Source of the DNA: an uncultured Aminipila sp.
GTDB taxonomy: Bacteria > Bacillota > Clostridia > Peptostreptococcales > Anaerovoracaceae
DNA: 64,000 nt
Reading direction: 5' to 3'
NCBI GenBank assembly: GCA_963524205.1
Contig: CAURED010000003.1
Coordinates: 129,599-193,598, forward strand
The notes under the pieces are model-generated. The model saw only the letters and a program-made list of their open reading frames with translations, was not told the DNA's origin and searched no databases. Numbering within the stretch: position 1 is the first letter of the stretch; every line of letters begins with the position of its first letter. A program made the translations under genes and the position numbers. Of the stretch, positions 38,244-46,285 are shown piece by piece.

Positions 38244-38288
38244 AAACACGAACTTTAAAATTGGAATTTTTCTGATTTGTTCGCGTTT
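38244..38288. promoter_or_regulatory. pair of inverted PurBox-like sites (candidate PurR operator)
   Basis: AAACACGAACTTT (38244..38256, plus strand) and AAACGCGAACAAA (complement of 38276..38288), compared with the B. subtilis PurBox AWWWCCGAACWWT. A third copy, AAATACGAACAAT, is the complement of 38140..38152 in the 5' UTR. Confidence 0.5.
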
Positions 38289-38291
38289 ATA

Positions 38292-38336
38292 TAAAAAAAT
38301 AAAGAGTCCAATGTCAAATTAAACATTAAACTCTTT
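38292..38336 (-). terminator. terminator after the GntR-family gene
   Basis: Stem AAAGAGT / ACTCTTT with a 22-nt loop, then ATTTTTTTAT on the minus strand. Confidence 0.4.
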
Positions 38337-38357
38337 TAAATTATCGTTCCTTTTAGC

Positions 38358-39020
38358 TTAGCATTCCTCTTCAATAATGTCATAATGCTCATCCAGCGCC
38401 ATGCGGCCATTTATTTCATCTTTCTTTATGATACATTCCAACATTTTTTCATGGCACAGCATAAGTTTATCTTTTGTTTCTTTAGAAGAAGTTTTCAGGA
38501 TATGTCCTACAGATTCTTCATAGATTTCTTCTAGCGCCTCCATAATGCTTATGATCAGCTTATTCCCCGAAGCTCTGATAATAAGGTAATGAAATTCCTT
38601 ATCTTTAAGAATCTTCTGATCACCTTCTGAATTCTTCATACCTTGATAAAGTTCTTTTAGCTTTTTTTCCATCTCTTCGGTTATGTTCCCCATAGCCAAA
38701 ACATAGGCGTCAGACTCCAAAGCTCTTCTCACAGCATTTACTTCACTGTAGCTTACCTGCTTCAGCAAAAGCATCATCCCTATAGATTCAGCAAACATTT
38801 TATTCAGATTTCCAGTCAGATAGTTTCCCGATCCCTGTGTACTCTCCAATATACCCATGTTTTCCATAGTTCTTAAAGCTTCCCTTATGGAACTTCTGCT
38901 CATACCAAGATTTTCTGCCAGAATTCTTTCCGTAGGCAGCTTGTCTTTCAAGTGTAATGATCCTTTCAGAATTTCGCTTTTTACATATTCTATTACTTTT
39001 CTATACTCTCTATTTTCCAC
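38358..39020 (-). CDS. GntR family transcriptional regulator, FadR/FCD subfamily (PdhR/LldR-like)
   Basis: HTH KLPTERILAENLGMSRSSIREALRTMEN plus an all-helical FCD C-terminus. GTG 39020 follows GGAGG. The ORF-track GTG at 39056 has no RBS. Confidence 0.85.
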   Translation of the reverse strand: MENREYRKVIEYVKSEILKGSLHLKDKLPTERILAENLGMSRSSIREALRTMENMGILESTQGSGNYLTGNLNKMFAESIGMMLLLKQVSYSEVNAVRRALESDAYVLAMGNITEEMEKKLKELYQGMKNSEGDQKILKDKEFHYLIIRASGNKLIISIMEALEEIYEESVGHILKTSSKETKDKLMLCHEKMLECIIKKDEINGRMALDEHYDIIEEEC

Positions 39021-39597
39021 TTTGCCTCCACTGCCTTTTGGCTGCAATATAATCACATATTAAATCTACTGTCTGTTCAATACCTATCATACCACTGTCA
39101 ATTGACAATTGATACCCCCTGGAGTCACCCCAATTCTCTCTGGTATATTGATTATGGAACTCTGCTCTTTTTTTATCCGTTTCACAAATCAAATTTTTTG
39201 CTTGCTTTTCACTTATGTTATTGTTTTGCGCTATTCTCTTTATCCGCTTGTCCATATCCGCATGTATAAAAACGCTTATATGCTCCTCTTCATTTCTAAA
39301 AATATAGTTTGCACATCTGCCTATTATGACACAGGACTGATCTGCCGTTACTTCTTTTATATGTTTAAAGGGCTTTTCCCCCATTTTCCCATTCTCGTCG
39401 CTCTTAGCTATGACATAAAGAAGACTATCAGCAGGCTTTTCTTCATAAAAGCCTTTTATTTCATCGTAATATCCTAGCCTCATTGCATTTTCAGCCAAAT
39501 TTTCTTTATCATACAATACAATTCCCAGTTTTCCAGACAACATTGCGCCAACATCGTGTCCTCCACTTCCATATTCTCTTCCTATGGTAATTATCAT
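39010..39597 (-). CDS. cytidylate kinase-like family P-loop protein
   Basis: MIITIGREYGSGGHDVG N-terminus typical of this uncharacterised clostridial family. GGGGTGA RBS before ATG 39597. Confidence 0.75.
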   Translation of the reverse strand: MIITIGREYGSGGHDVGAMLSGKLGIVLYDKENLAENAMRLGYYDEIKGFYEEKPADSLLYVIAKSDENGKMGEKPFKHIKEVTADQSCVIIGRCANYIFRNEEEHISVFIHADMDKRIKRIAQNNNISEKQAKNLICETDKKRAEFHNQYTRENWGDSRGYQLSIDSGMIGIEQTVDLICDYIAAKRQWRQSGK

Positions 39598-39610
39598 CTT
39601 CTTCACCCCA

Positions 39611-40303
39611 CTACATAAAATGTGAAAATATTGCTGCACCAACTACAGTCAGTAACCCTGCAACCGCTATAGCCAAACTGCTCATAGCTCCTTCAACCTC
39701 ACCCATTTCCATGGCCCTGGCTGTTCCTATGGCATGTGCTGCCGTTCCCAATGCCAGACCTTTTGCTATAGGTTGTTTTATCCTAAAGACTTTACATACA
39801 GCTTCACCAACAATGTTTCCTAGGACTCCTGTAATAATTATAACAGCTACGGTAATCGTAACGATACCTCCCAGTTCTTCTGAGATCCCCATTCCTATGG
39901 CTGTTGTTATGGATTTAGGAAGTAAAGTAACATATTCCCTATGATCTAATCCAAATAATTTGGCTAAAATCAGAACACTGCCAAGAGCCGAGACTACCCC
40001 TGCCACAACCCCTATAGAAATGGCTTTAGCATTGCGCTTCAGCAATTCCATTTGCTGATACAAAGGCAGTGCCAGGCATACTGTAGCAGGGGTCAGCAAA
40101 TAACTTATATATTTCGCACCTTCGTTGTAATTCTTATATTCCACATTGCACATTAACAATATCAGTATTACAAATACAATGGATATTAACAAAGGATTAA
40201 AAATAGGATTTTTAAATTTCTTTTTTAAAATCATTCCGAACTGATATCCTATAAGGCTTACCACCACCCCAAAAAACATTGAATCGCTTAAAAAACTACT
40301 CAT
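39611..40303 (-). CDS. lrgB: LrgB/CidB family membrane protein
   Basis: 230 aa polytopic membrane protein, 1 nt downstream of lrgA. GLALGTAAHAIGTARA motif. Confidence 0.9.
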   Translation of the reverse strand: MSSFLSDSMFFGVVVSLIGYQFGMILKKKFKNPIFNPLLISIVFVILILLMCNVEYKNYNEGAKYISYLLTPATVCLALPLYQQMELLKRNAKAISIGVVAGVVSALGSVLILAKLFGLDHREYVTLLPKSITTAIGMGISEELGGIVTITVAVIIITGVLGNIVGEAVCKVFRIKQPIAKGLALGTAAHAIGTARAMEMGEVEGAMSSLAIAVAGLLTVVGAAIFSHFM

Positions 40304-40304
40304 C

Positions 40305-40658
40305 TTACTTCCTCTTTTCCATGTTTATTACAAATTGCGTTATTCTTCCTGTAACCACCATAACAATTATAGTGGTTACTACCGTAATAATAATTACCGG
40401 AACGCAGATAGGTTCCAGTACTTCCCATGAATCCATAAGGCCTACTGCTGCGGGTATAAACATAATAGGCATAATTTCTATAAGAAACACGCCTACATCC
40501 TGAATATGTTCCAAAGTGATCAATTTAGTCTGTAATGCTATAAGCATTAGTACAAGTCCATAAATACTTGCTGGGATAGCCAAAGGTATTATGGTTTTTA
40601 AAATTTCTCCTAAAAATGTGATTAGTAAAATTACTCCAAACTGTCTTAAATATTTCAT
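40305..40658 (-). CDS. lrgA: CidA/LrgA family holin-like protein
   Basis: 4 TM segments, about 117 aa. ATG 40658 follows GAGGAG. The ORF-track GTG at 40664 overlaps the RBS. Confidence 0.88.
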   Translation of the reverse strand: MKYLRQFGVILLITFLGEILKTIIPLAIPASIYGLVLMLIALQTKLITLEHIQDVGVFLIEIMPIMFIPAAVGLMDSWEVLEPICVPVIIITVVTTIIVMVVTGRITQFVINMEKRK

Positions 40659-40671
40659 ATGCACTCCTCAA

Positions 40672-40688
40672 AATTGGTCTTACCAATT
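40672..40688. promoter_or_regulatory. PdhR-type GntR operator AATTGGT-N3-ACCAATT
   Basis: Perfect 7-3-7 palindrome (minus strand AATTGGTAAGACCAATT) between the -10 element and the RBS of lrgA. Confidence 0.55.
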
Positions 40689-40693
40689 TTATA

Positions 40694-40722
40694 AGAATAC
40701 GCTTATTTTTTGAAATTGTCAA
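40694..40722 (-). promoter_or_regulatory. lrgAB operon promoter
   Basis: Minus strand reads TTGACA (40717..40722), 17 nt, TATTCT (40694..40699). Confidence 0.5.
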
Positions 40723-40892
40723 ATGTATATTTTAAATTTGGACGATAAAATATAACGCTAATTTAATACTTAAATTATATAAAAAATGTTGCTTTGCCAC
40801 TACGTTAGGAAACCCCATGGTTCCCTTCGGCGAATGTAGGCGCACTTCCTTATTTTATGTGATAGAAAAATCCAACGATATGTCCTATTACA

Positions 40893-40934
40893 TAAAAAAA
40901 CTTGCAACTCAGTATTTTTACTACAATTGCAAGC
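40893..40934 (-). terminator. terminator after the SCIFF maturase gene
   Basis: Stem GCTTGCAA / TTGCAAGT followed by T7 on the minus strand. Confidence 0.6.
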
Positions 40935-41085
40935 TTTTTATTGATACGTTTTAATATAACTATATTTTATTATTTCTTATGTATCCTAATATATATTAGA
41001 ATTGATCAAAAATGATAACATAGTTGATAAGAATACAAAAGCTATTGTTACAGCTATTTATTATCTGACTCTAGCCAATCATTTT

Positions 41086-42471
41086 CTAATTCTGTCCAAA
41101 TTTTTCTGCCACCTGAATCATAATGGCACATTCAATTCTCTTCCTATGAAGTTCACAGCCAAAGTCATAAACCCCCGTGATACTTCCTGTTGTATGGTAA
41201 GCATTAGCTGCGCAGCCTCCGCTGCAATACATACGTGCAAAACAATCTTTACACTCCTCATGAGAATAAATATTACAAGACTTAAATTCATCACATACAG
41301 AAGCATTTTTTACTCCTTCAAAAACATTACCTAGAAGGAAGTGCTCATCCCCTACAAATTGATGACATGGATACAAATCCCCTTCAGGAGTAACAGCCAT
41401 GTATTCCGTGCCTACGCCACATCCAGATACACGTTTTACAATGCATGGTCCGCCTGTAAGGTCTATGGTATAGTGATAGAAATTAAAGCCTTTACCTTCC
41501 TTCTTTCTCTTAATCATTTCACATGCTAGCCGATCATATTCTTCTAGGACTTTTGGCAGGTCCTCTTCAGTCAAAGCATAATCAGCAGTAGGTGGAGCAA
41601 CTACAGGTTCCATAGAAAGCTCCTTAAAACCTAAGTCTGCCATATGTAAAATGTCATTTGCAAAATCCGTATTGTAATGTGTATAAGTTCCTCTGATATA
41701 ATAATTCTCTTGCTTTCTGGATTCTGCCATTTTTAAAAATTTAGGCAGAATGATATCATAGGATCCCTTGCCATTTCTGGAAACTCTCAATTTATCATTC
41801 ACATCTTTACGGCCATCTAAACTAAGTACTACATTACTCATTTCCTTATTAGCAAATTCCATCACTTCTTCATCAAGCAAGATTCCATTGGTAGTTAAAG
41901 TAAATCTAAAGTTTTTATTATGGATTTTTTCCTGTTCGCGGCCGTAGGCCACCAGTTTCTTAACAACTTCCCAATTCATGAGAGGTTCACCGCCAAAAAA
42001 ATCTACTTCTAAATTTTTTCTTGTTCCCGAATTTTCAATTAAGAAATCGAGTGCTTTTTTTCCCACTTTATAAGACATCAACCCTCTATGCCCCTGCTGA
42101 TATTCACCTTCTTCTGCAAAGCAGTATTTACAAGCTAAGTTGCAATCGTGAGCTACATGAAGACAAATAGCCTTTATAACAGACTGACGTTCCTTAAACT
42201 CGTGGGACAAGTTAGCATAGAGATCTTCAGAAAATAGTTTTCCCTGCTTTTTTAATTCATCTACATCTTCAAAAACATCATTAATTTCGGTTTTTGTGAC
42301 CTCTGGAAGGTGTTTGTACTTTTCCAATACATTAACCATAACCATATTTCTGTCGATCCCAGCAGCAATCATCTCAATCATATCATATGCTACTTCATCC
42401 ACACAGTGGACAGCACCACTATTTACATCTAAAACAATGTTATATCCGTTACTTTTATAAGTATGTACCAT
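41086..42471 (-). CDS. scfB: SCIFF peptide maturase, radical SAM/SPASM thioether-forming enzyme
   Basis: CNLACKYC radical SAM motif and a Cys-rich C-terminal SPASM region (CGVG..C..C..C.ARMYCSGGC), immediately downstream of a SCIFF precursor. ATG 42471 (MVHTYKSNGYN) is preferred over 42528. Confidence 0.88.
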   Translation of the reverse strand: MVHTYKSNGYNIVLDVNSGAVHCVDEVAYDMIEMIAAGIDRNMVMVNVLEKYKHLPEVTKTEINDVFEDVDELKKQGKLFSEDLYANLSHEFKERQSVIKAICLHVAHDCNLACKYCFAEEGEYQQGHRGLMSYKVGKKALDFLIENSGTRKNLEVDFFGGEPLMNWEVVKKLVAYGREQEKIHNKNFRFTLTTNGILLDEEVMEFANKEMSNVVLSLDGRKDVNDKLRVSRNGKGSYDIILPKFLKMAESRKQENYYIRGTYTHYNTDFANDILHMADLGFKELSMEPVVAPPTADYALTEEDLPKVLEEYDRLACEMIKRKKEGKGFNFYHYTIDLTGGPCIVKRVSGCGVGTEYMAVTPEGDLYPCHQFVGDEHFLLGNVFEGVKNASVCDEFKSCNIYSHEECKDCFARMYCSGGCAANAYHTTGSITGVYDFGCELHRKRIECAIMIQVAEKFGQN

Positions 42472-42695
42472 ATCCGGTATCCTTTCTATTTTTGTCTTTT
42501 CCTTTATATTTTTATAATCATCAAACATGAATCAAATATTTATGATTCATATATTTAAGTCATTTTCAAGATTCTCATTTTGTTTTTCCGTATATAGTTA
42601 CACGATAAAAATCTACAAATTAAAATTTATGATTTTTTAGTATCTGACCCTTTATCAATTTGTTACACAAATTGAAATAGGCCATAAAATGTTAA

Positions 42696-42729
42696 AAATC
42701 GCTATAAGCTTTACAGCCTATAGCGATTT
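42696..42729 (-). terminator. intercistronic hairpin between precursor and maturase genes
   Basis: 11-bp stem AAATCGCTATA / TATAGCGATTT starting 12 nt after the scfA stop, followed by TTAACATTTT. Confidence 0.5.
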
Positions 42730-42740
42730 GAAAGTTTAGC

Positions 42741-42887
42741 TTATTTCTTTAGCTGTTCGCACTGCTGATTAGCAACGCTGCATGAAGTCTTACTTGCTGA
42801 CTGGCAAGATGTCTGACATTCGCCACATCCACCTTTTTTAGCTGATTCAACAAGATTCCTTGTTTCAATAGTATGTATTCTCTTCAT
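42741..42887 (-). CDS. scfA: SCIFF (six-cysteines-in-forty-five) ranthipeptide precursor, five-Cys variant
   Basis: Hand-translated: MKRIHTIETRNLVESAKKGGCGECQTSCQSASKTSCSVANQQCEQLKK. GGAGG lies 6 nt upstream. Below the ORF-track length cut-off. Confidence 0.85.
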   Translation of the reverse strand: MKRIHTIETRNLVESAKKGGCGECQTSCQSASKTSCSVANQQCEQLKK

Positions 42888-43031
42888 TTTCTACCTCCAA
42901 CCCGGCTAGTAAGGCTGCTGCCTAAACTTCACCAAGAATAATTGTTTTTAAAATTACTTTTAATATACTATCACAGATACACCATTTTATCAAGCTATAA
43001 AGTACTTAAAAAGTTTTTTAGGCCTTCCATA

Positions 43032-44072
43032 CTACTTTATGTCAAATAATGTTTTTAATCGACCTGCTAACTCTGTTACAGCTTGAACCGTAGCAGATAG
43101 CTCTTCCATTGCTGCCGACTGCTCTTCCGTGATACTAAGAGTTTTCTCCGAATTCTGTACCGTAGAATCGAGCTTCCCATTTATCTGTTTATTTAGTTCT
43201 GCAATATGAGCTGCTGTTTCCTTTGAATTATCTGCCAATGCTTGAATTTCATTAGCTACTACTGCAAATCCTCTCCCATCATTGCCAAGTCTAGCGGCCT
43301 CTATGGCGGCATTAAACCCAATAAGTTTTGTATTATTTGCTACTTTGGTTATATCCTTTAAAACAGATTCTATCTCCTTTGTAACCTTATCTATGCTATT
43401 TATTTCTTCTGAAAGTTCATGCTGGCTATAAGTAACATTTACTGCCGATATTGCCAATGACTCTATTGTTTTAGAAATTTCTACAAAGTTGTTTGCCAAT
43501 TCTGATGATAAAAATTCTGTTTCAATCCTCTTATATCCATCCTGTGCAAATGTATTTGCAATAATATGTAATACCTCGGCTGCTGCATCAATATTATTTC
43601 TCTTAACTATATCAATCCTCTCTGCCGCTTCCCATAAACCATCCTCATCCAGCCCTATCTCTCTGGCAACTTGCCGAATATTACTTTCATTAGGCGTAAC
43701 ATCAAGTATCTGACCGCCTAAAATAGTCCCAAGATGTTCTCCATTAACTATAATAGGTGCAGCAAAATCAATTAATCCTGCATGACACTTTCCTACAAAC
43801 GGCTTCCCCAGCTTTACAGCCTGATCTCCCATCTGGCTATGACACTCTGCACATCTATGATCTCCAATTCTGTTAGAATGTATATAGTCATTACAAAAGG
43901 CTCTATAATGGCTAGGTCTAGTAATCTCTTCCCCTTGTCTGTTAACTGAAACTGCTGCACAATTCATACCTATTGCAAAATTATCTAAAAAGTTTTGTAA
44001 TACATGAATATCAATGATATCTTCAACTTCTAAGCTTGTTAGGTCAATTTGTCCATTTTTTACATTAATCAT
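43032..44072 (-). CDS. soluble PocR-domain methyl-accepting chemotaxis-like protein
   Basis: N-terminal PocR sensor (CAAVSVNRQGEEIT...FCNDY...CHAGLIDFAAPI). C-terminal MCP signalling hairpin (NAAIEAARLGNDGRGFAVVANEIQALA). No TM or HAMP. Confidence 0.85.
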   Translation of the reverse strand: MINVKNGQIDLTSLEVEDIIDIHVLQNFLDNFAIGMNCAAVSVNRQGEEITRPSHYRAFCNDYIHSNRIGDHRCAECHSQMGDQAVKLGKPFVGKCHAGLIDFAAPIIVNGEHLGTILGGQILDVTPNESNIRQVAREIGLDEDGLWEAAERIDIVKRNNIDAAAEVLHIIANTFAQDGYKRIETEFLSSELANNFVEISKTIESLAISAVNVTYSQHELSEEINSIDKVTKEIESVLKDITKVANNTKLIGFNAAIEAARLGNDGRGFAVVANEIQALADNSKETAAHIAELNKQINGKLDSTVQNSEKTLSITEEQSAAMEELSATVQAVTELAGRLKTLFDIK

Positions 44073-44271
44073 CGGAAACTTATACCTCCCATTCTGCTAT
44101 GATGCTATAAAAGTGAGTATAGCAAAAGCCTTAAACTATTTTTTTACTTTATTTTACCATTTTCGACAGACATCGTCTAGTTCCATAATACTCCAATACA
44201 TTATTATCTTTTATTTTATTGCATAAAGCTATTGTTGTTATCGTAAATATATTAAAATGGAGGGTTATCTA

Positions 44272-45177
44272 ATGAATTCAAAAAAAAATAATAAATTAAA
44301 AAACTTTTTTAAGATAAAGGGAACTAAACTTTCAGCTGGCATTATACCTATAAGCATTGTGTGTGCTGCTATTATAGGTTTATTTATTTTATATCCTCTA
44401 ATACATAATCCTGCTCAAAAAACCTCCACCACAGCGTCCCCTTCTATTTCTGCAAATCAGGCCATTCTTATGGATGCGTCAACAGGGGAAGTCCTTTATG
44501 AAAGAAACTCCACCAGCAAGGCTTACCCTGCAAGTACCACAAAAATCATGACTGCATTGCTTACGATTGAGACTGTAGAGGAATTAGACAGTGACCTCAC
44601 ACAGAAAGTCAAAATTCCCGCTGAAGCAGTTGGTGTAGAAGGTTCTTCTATTTATTTAGCACCAGAGGAATCTGTAAGTATTGAAGATTTGCTTTATGGA
44701 TTAATGCTTCGCTCTGGTAATGATGCAGCAACAGCTTTAGCAGGTATTATAGGGGGGAATCAGGATAATTTCTTAGAAATGATGAATTCAAGAGCCAAAG
44801 AAATAGGCTGCACAAATACACACTTTTTAAATCCCAGCGGGCTTTTTGATGAAGGGCATTATACTACTGCTGCCGACATGGCATTAATTGCTCAAACTGC
44901 CATGAAAAATGAAACGTTTAAAAAAATTGCTGCTGCAGAAACCTGGGAAGCAAGCAGAGATCCTGATAAATATAATTATTTTTACAACAAAAATAAAGTC
45001 GTTCATCAATACGAAGGGGGCAATGGTATAAAGATTGGTTTTACTAAAGCTTCCGGCAGAACTCTGGTCGCCTCAGCAGAGCGTAATGGGAAGCAATTAA
45101 TCTGTGTTGTCATGGGCGCTCCTGATTGGTTTAATGATTCCTATAAACTAATGGATTATGGATTTTCTCTAAAATAA
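44272..45177 (+). CDS. D-alanyl-D-alanine carboxypeptidase (S11, PBP5/DacB-like)
   Basis: SxxK (ASTTK), SGN (RSGND) and a KxG-like motif (KIGFT), plus an N-terminal TM. GGAGGG RBS before ATG 44272. Confidence 0.88.
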   Translation: MNSKKNNKLKNFFKIKGTKLSAGIIPISIVCAAIIGLFILYPLIHNPAQKTSTTASPSISANQAILMDASTGEVLYERNSTSKAYPASTTKIMTALLTIETVEELDSDLTQKVKIPAEAVGVEGSSIYLAPEESVSIEDLLYGLMLRSGNDAATALAGIIGGNQDNFLEMMNSRAKEIGCTNTHFLNPSGLFDEGHYTTAADMALIAQTAMKNETFKKIAAAETWEASRDPDKYNYFYNKNKVVHQYEGGNGIKIGFTKASGRTLVASAERNGKQLICVVMGAPDWFNDSYKLMDYGFSLK

Positions 45178-45244
45178 TATCACCTCTTCTCCATCTGGAA
45201 AATATAATAATAGTAATTAAATTAATCGGGTGGGAGGATAACTC

Positions 45245-46189
45245 ATGGATTCTACTAATAATATCGACTGCATTGACAGTGGTACGGAAAACTGCCCCTG
45301 CTATTTGGCAGCCACTGGAGATTGTCTTATATGTAGCAGGCTGCAGGGAAAAGAATACTGCGACTGCTTGTGGAAAGGAGTTTGTATATATAACGAATTT
45401 ATCCAAAATAATCAAAAGATAAATAACCCAAGAAAGGATTTCACCTCAAAAATAGTTTCAAAGAAGCAATATTTAGACGATTTATATGTTATGACTCTGG
45501 AAGTTGGTCGCGGCTTTGCCTTAAAAGCAGCAATACCTGGCAGCTACGTATTTTTGAAATCACCAGATTACCAAAACTATTACCAGACACCAATTTCCAT
45601 TATGAATGCAGATACAGAAAACGGTTTTATTACCGTGCTCATCAAAAGCATATCTGCAAAAACAAAAGCTATTTGTGCACAGGAAGATAAGCTCATAGTT
45701 CGTGGCGTTTATAGAGGGGGTATCTCTGGAATGCCTAAAATAATAGGACGTTTCAGCAGAATTATCCCTAATTCAAAAGTACTTATATTAACTAAAGGCG
45801 TGGGATTTGCCCCTGCAATAAATTTTCTCAACTGGGTAGGAAGCGACACAGAAACCGAAATTATAATAGATGATGATAAAATCTGTACTCAAGTAATCTG
45901 GGATTATTTACAGCCTTCTACTGCAAATAAAGTTTTAATAAAAAGCCTTCCAGAATGTTTAAGCTTACCTTTAACTGAAAAAATTAGAGAAGGCAACTAT
46001 ACGGCCATTGTGGTTCTGGCATCCGACTATTATATAGAAGAAATGAGAAAACTAATTATGCAATTACCCGAGCCTCCTGCATTTGTTCACAGTAATAATG
46101 CCAATATATGCTGTGGAGAAGGTATATGTGGGGCATGCAGTTGCGTAGACCCTGACGGCACAATACATAAAAAGTGCAAGTGCCTGTAA
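45245..46189 (+). CDS. PyrK-like ferredoxin-reductase-fold protein with 8-Cys N-terminal extension and C-terminal 2Fe-2S-type motif
   Basis: N-terminus DCIDSGTENCPCYLAATGDCLICSRLQGKEYCDCLWKGVCIY. Core has PISI and KGVGFAP motifs. C-terminus CCGEGICGACSC..CKC. GGGAGG RBS. Confidence 0.7.
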   Translation: MDSTNNIDCIDSGTENCPCYLAATGDCLICSRLQGKEYCDCLWKGVCIYNEFIQNNQKINNPRKDFTSKIVSKKQYLDDLYVMTLEVGRGFALKAAIPGSYVFLKSPDYQNYYQTPISIMNADTENGFITVLIKSISAKTKAICAQEDKLIVRGVYRGGISGMPKIIGRFSRIIPNSKVLILTKGVGFAPAINFLNWVGSDTETEIIIDDDKICTQVIWDYLQPSTANKVLIKSLPECLSLPLTEKIREGNYTAIVVLASDYYIEEMRKLIMQLPEPPAFVHSNNANICCGEGICGACSCVDPDGTIHKKCKCL

Positions 46190-46225
46190 AACCCTTTAAA
46201 TAAAATAATTTACTTCTACAAAAAT

Positions 46226-46269
46226 AAGTGTAAATGACAGAATGCAATACGCATCCATCATTTACACTT
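46226..46269. terminator. bidirectional hairpin between convergent genes
   Basis: 12-bp perfect stem AAGTGTAAATGA / TCATTTACACTT. Confidence 0.55.
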
Positions 46270-46285
46270 TATCAGAACTTACTCA

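Noticed and set aside
38096-38260. Expected purine (guanine) riboswitch upstream of purL
   Set aside because: The leader is only about 85 nt. I could not find the conserved junction and loop segments of the purine riboswitch on the minus strand.
45131-45415. 94-aa minus-strand ORF spanning the dacB-like / PyrK-like junction
   Set aside because: It overlaps the ends of two supported plus-strand genes and their RBS. It has no RBS or motifs of its own.
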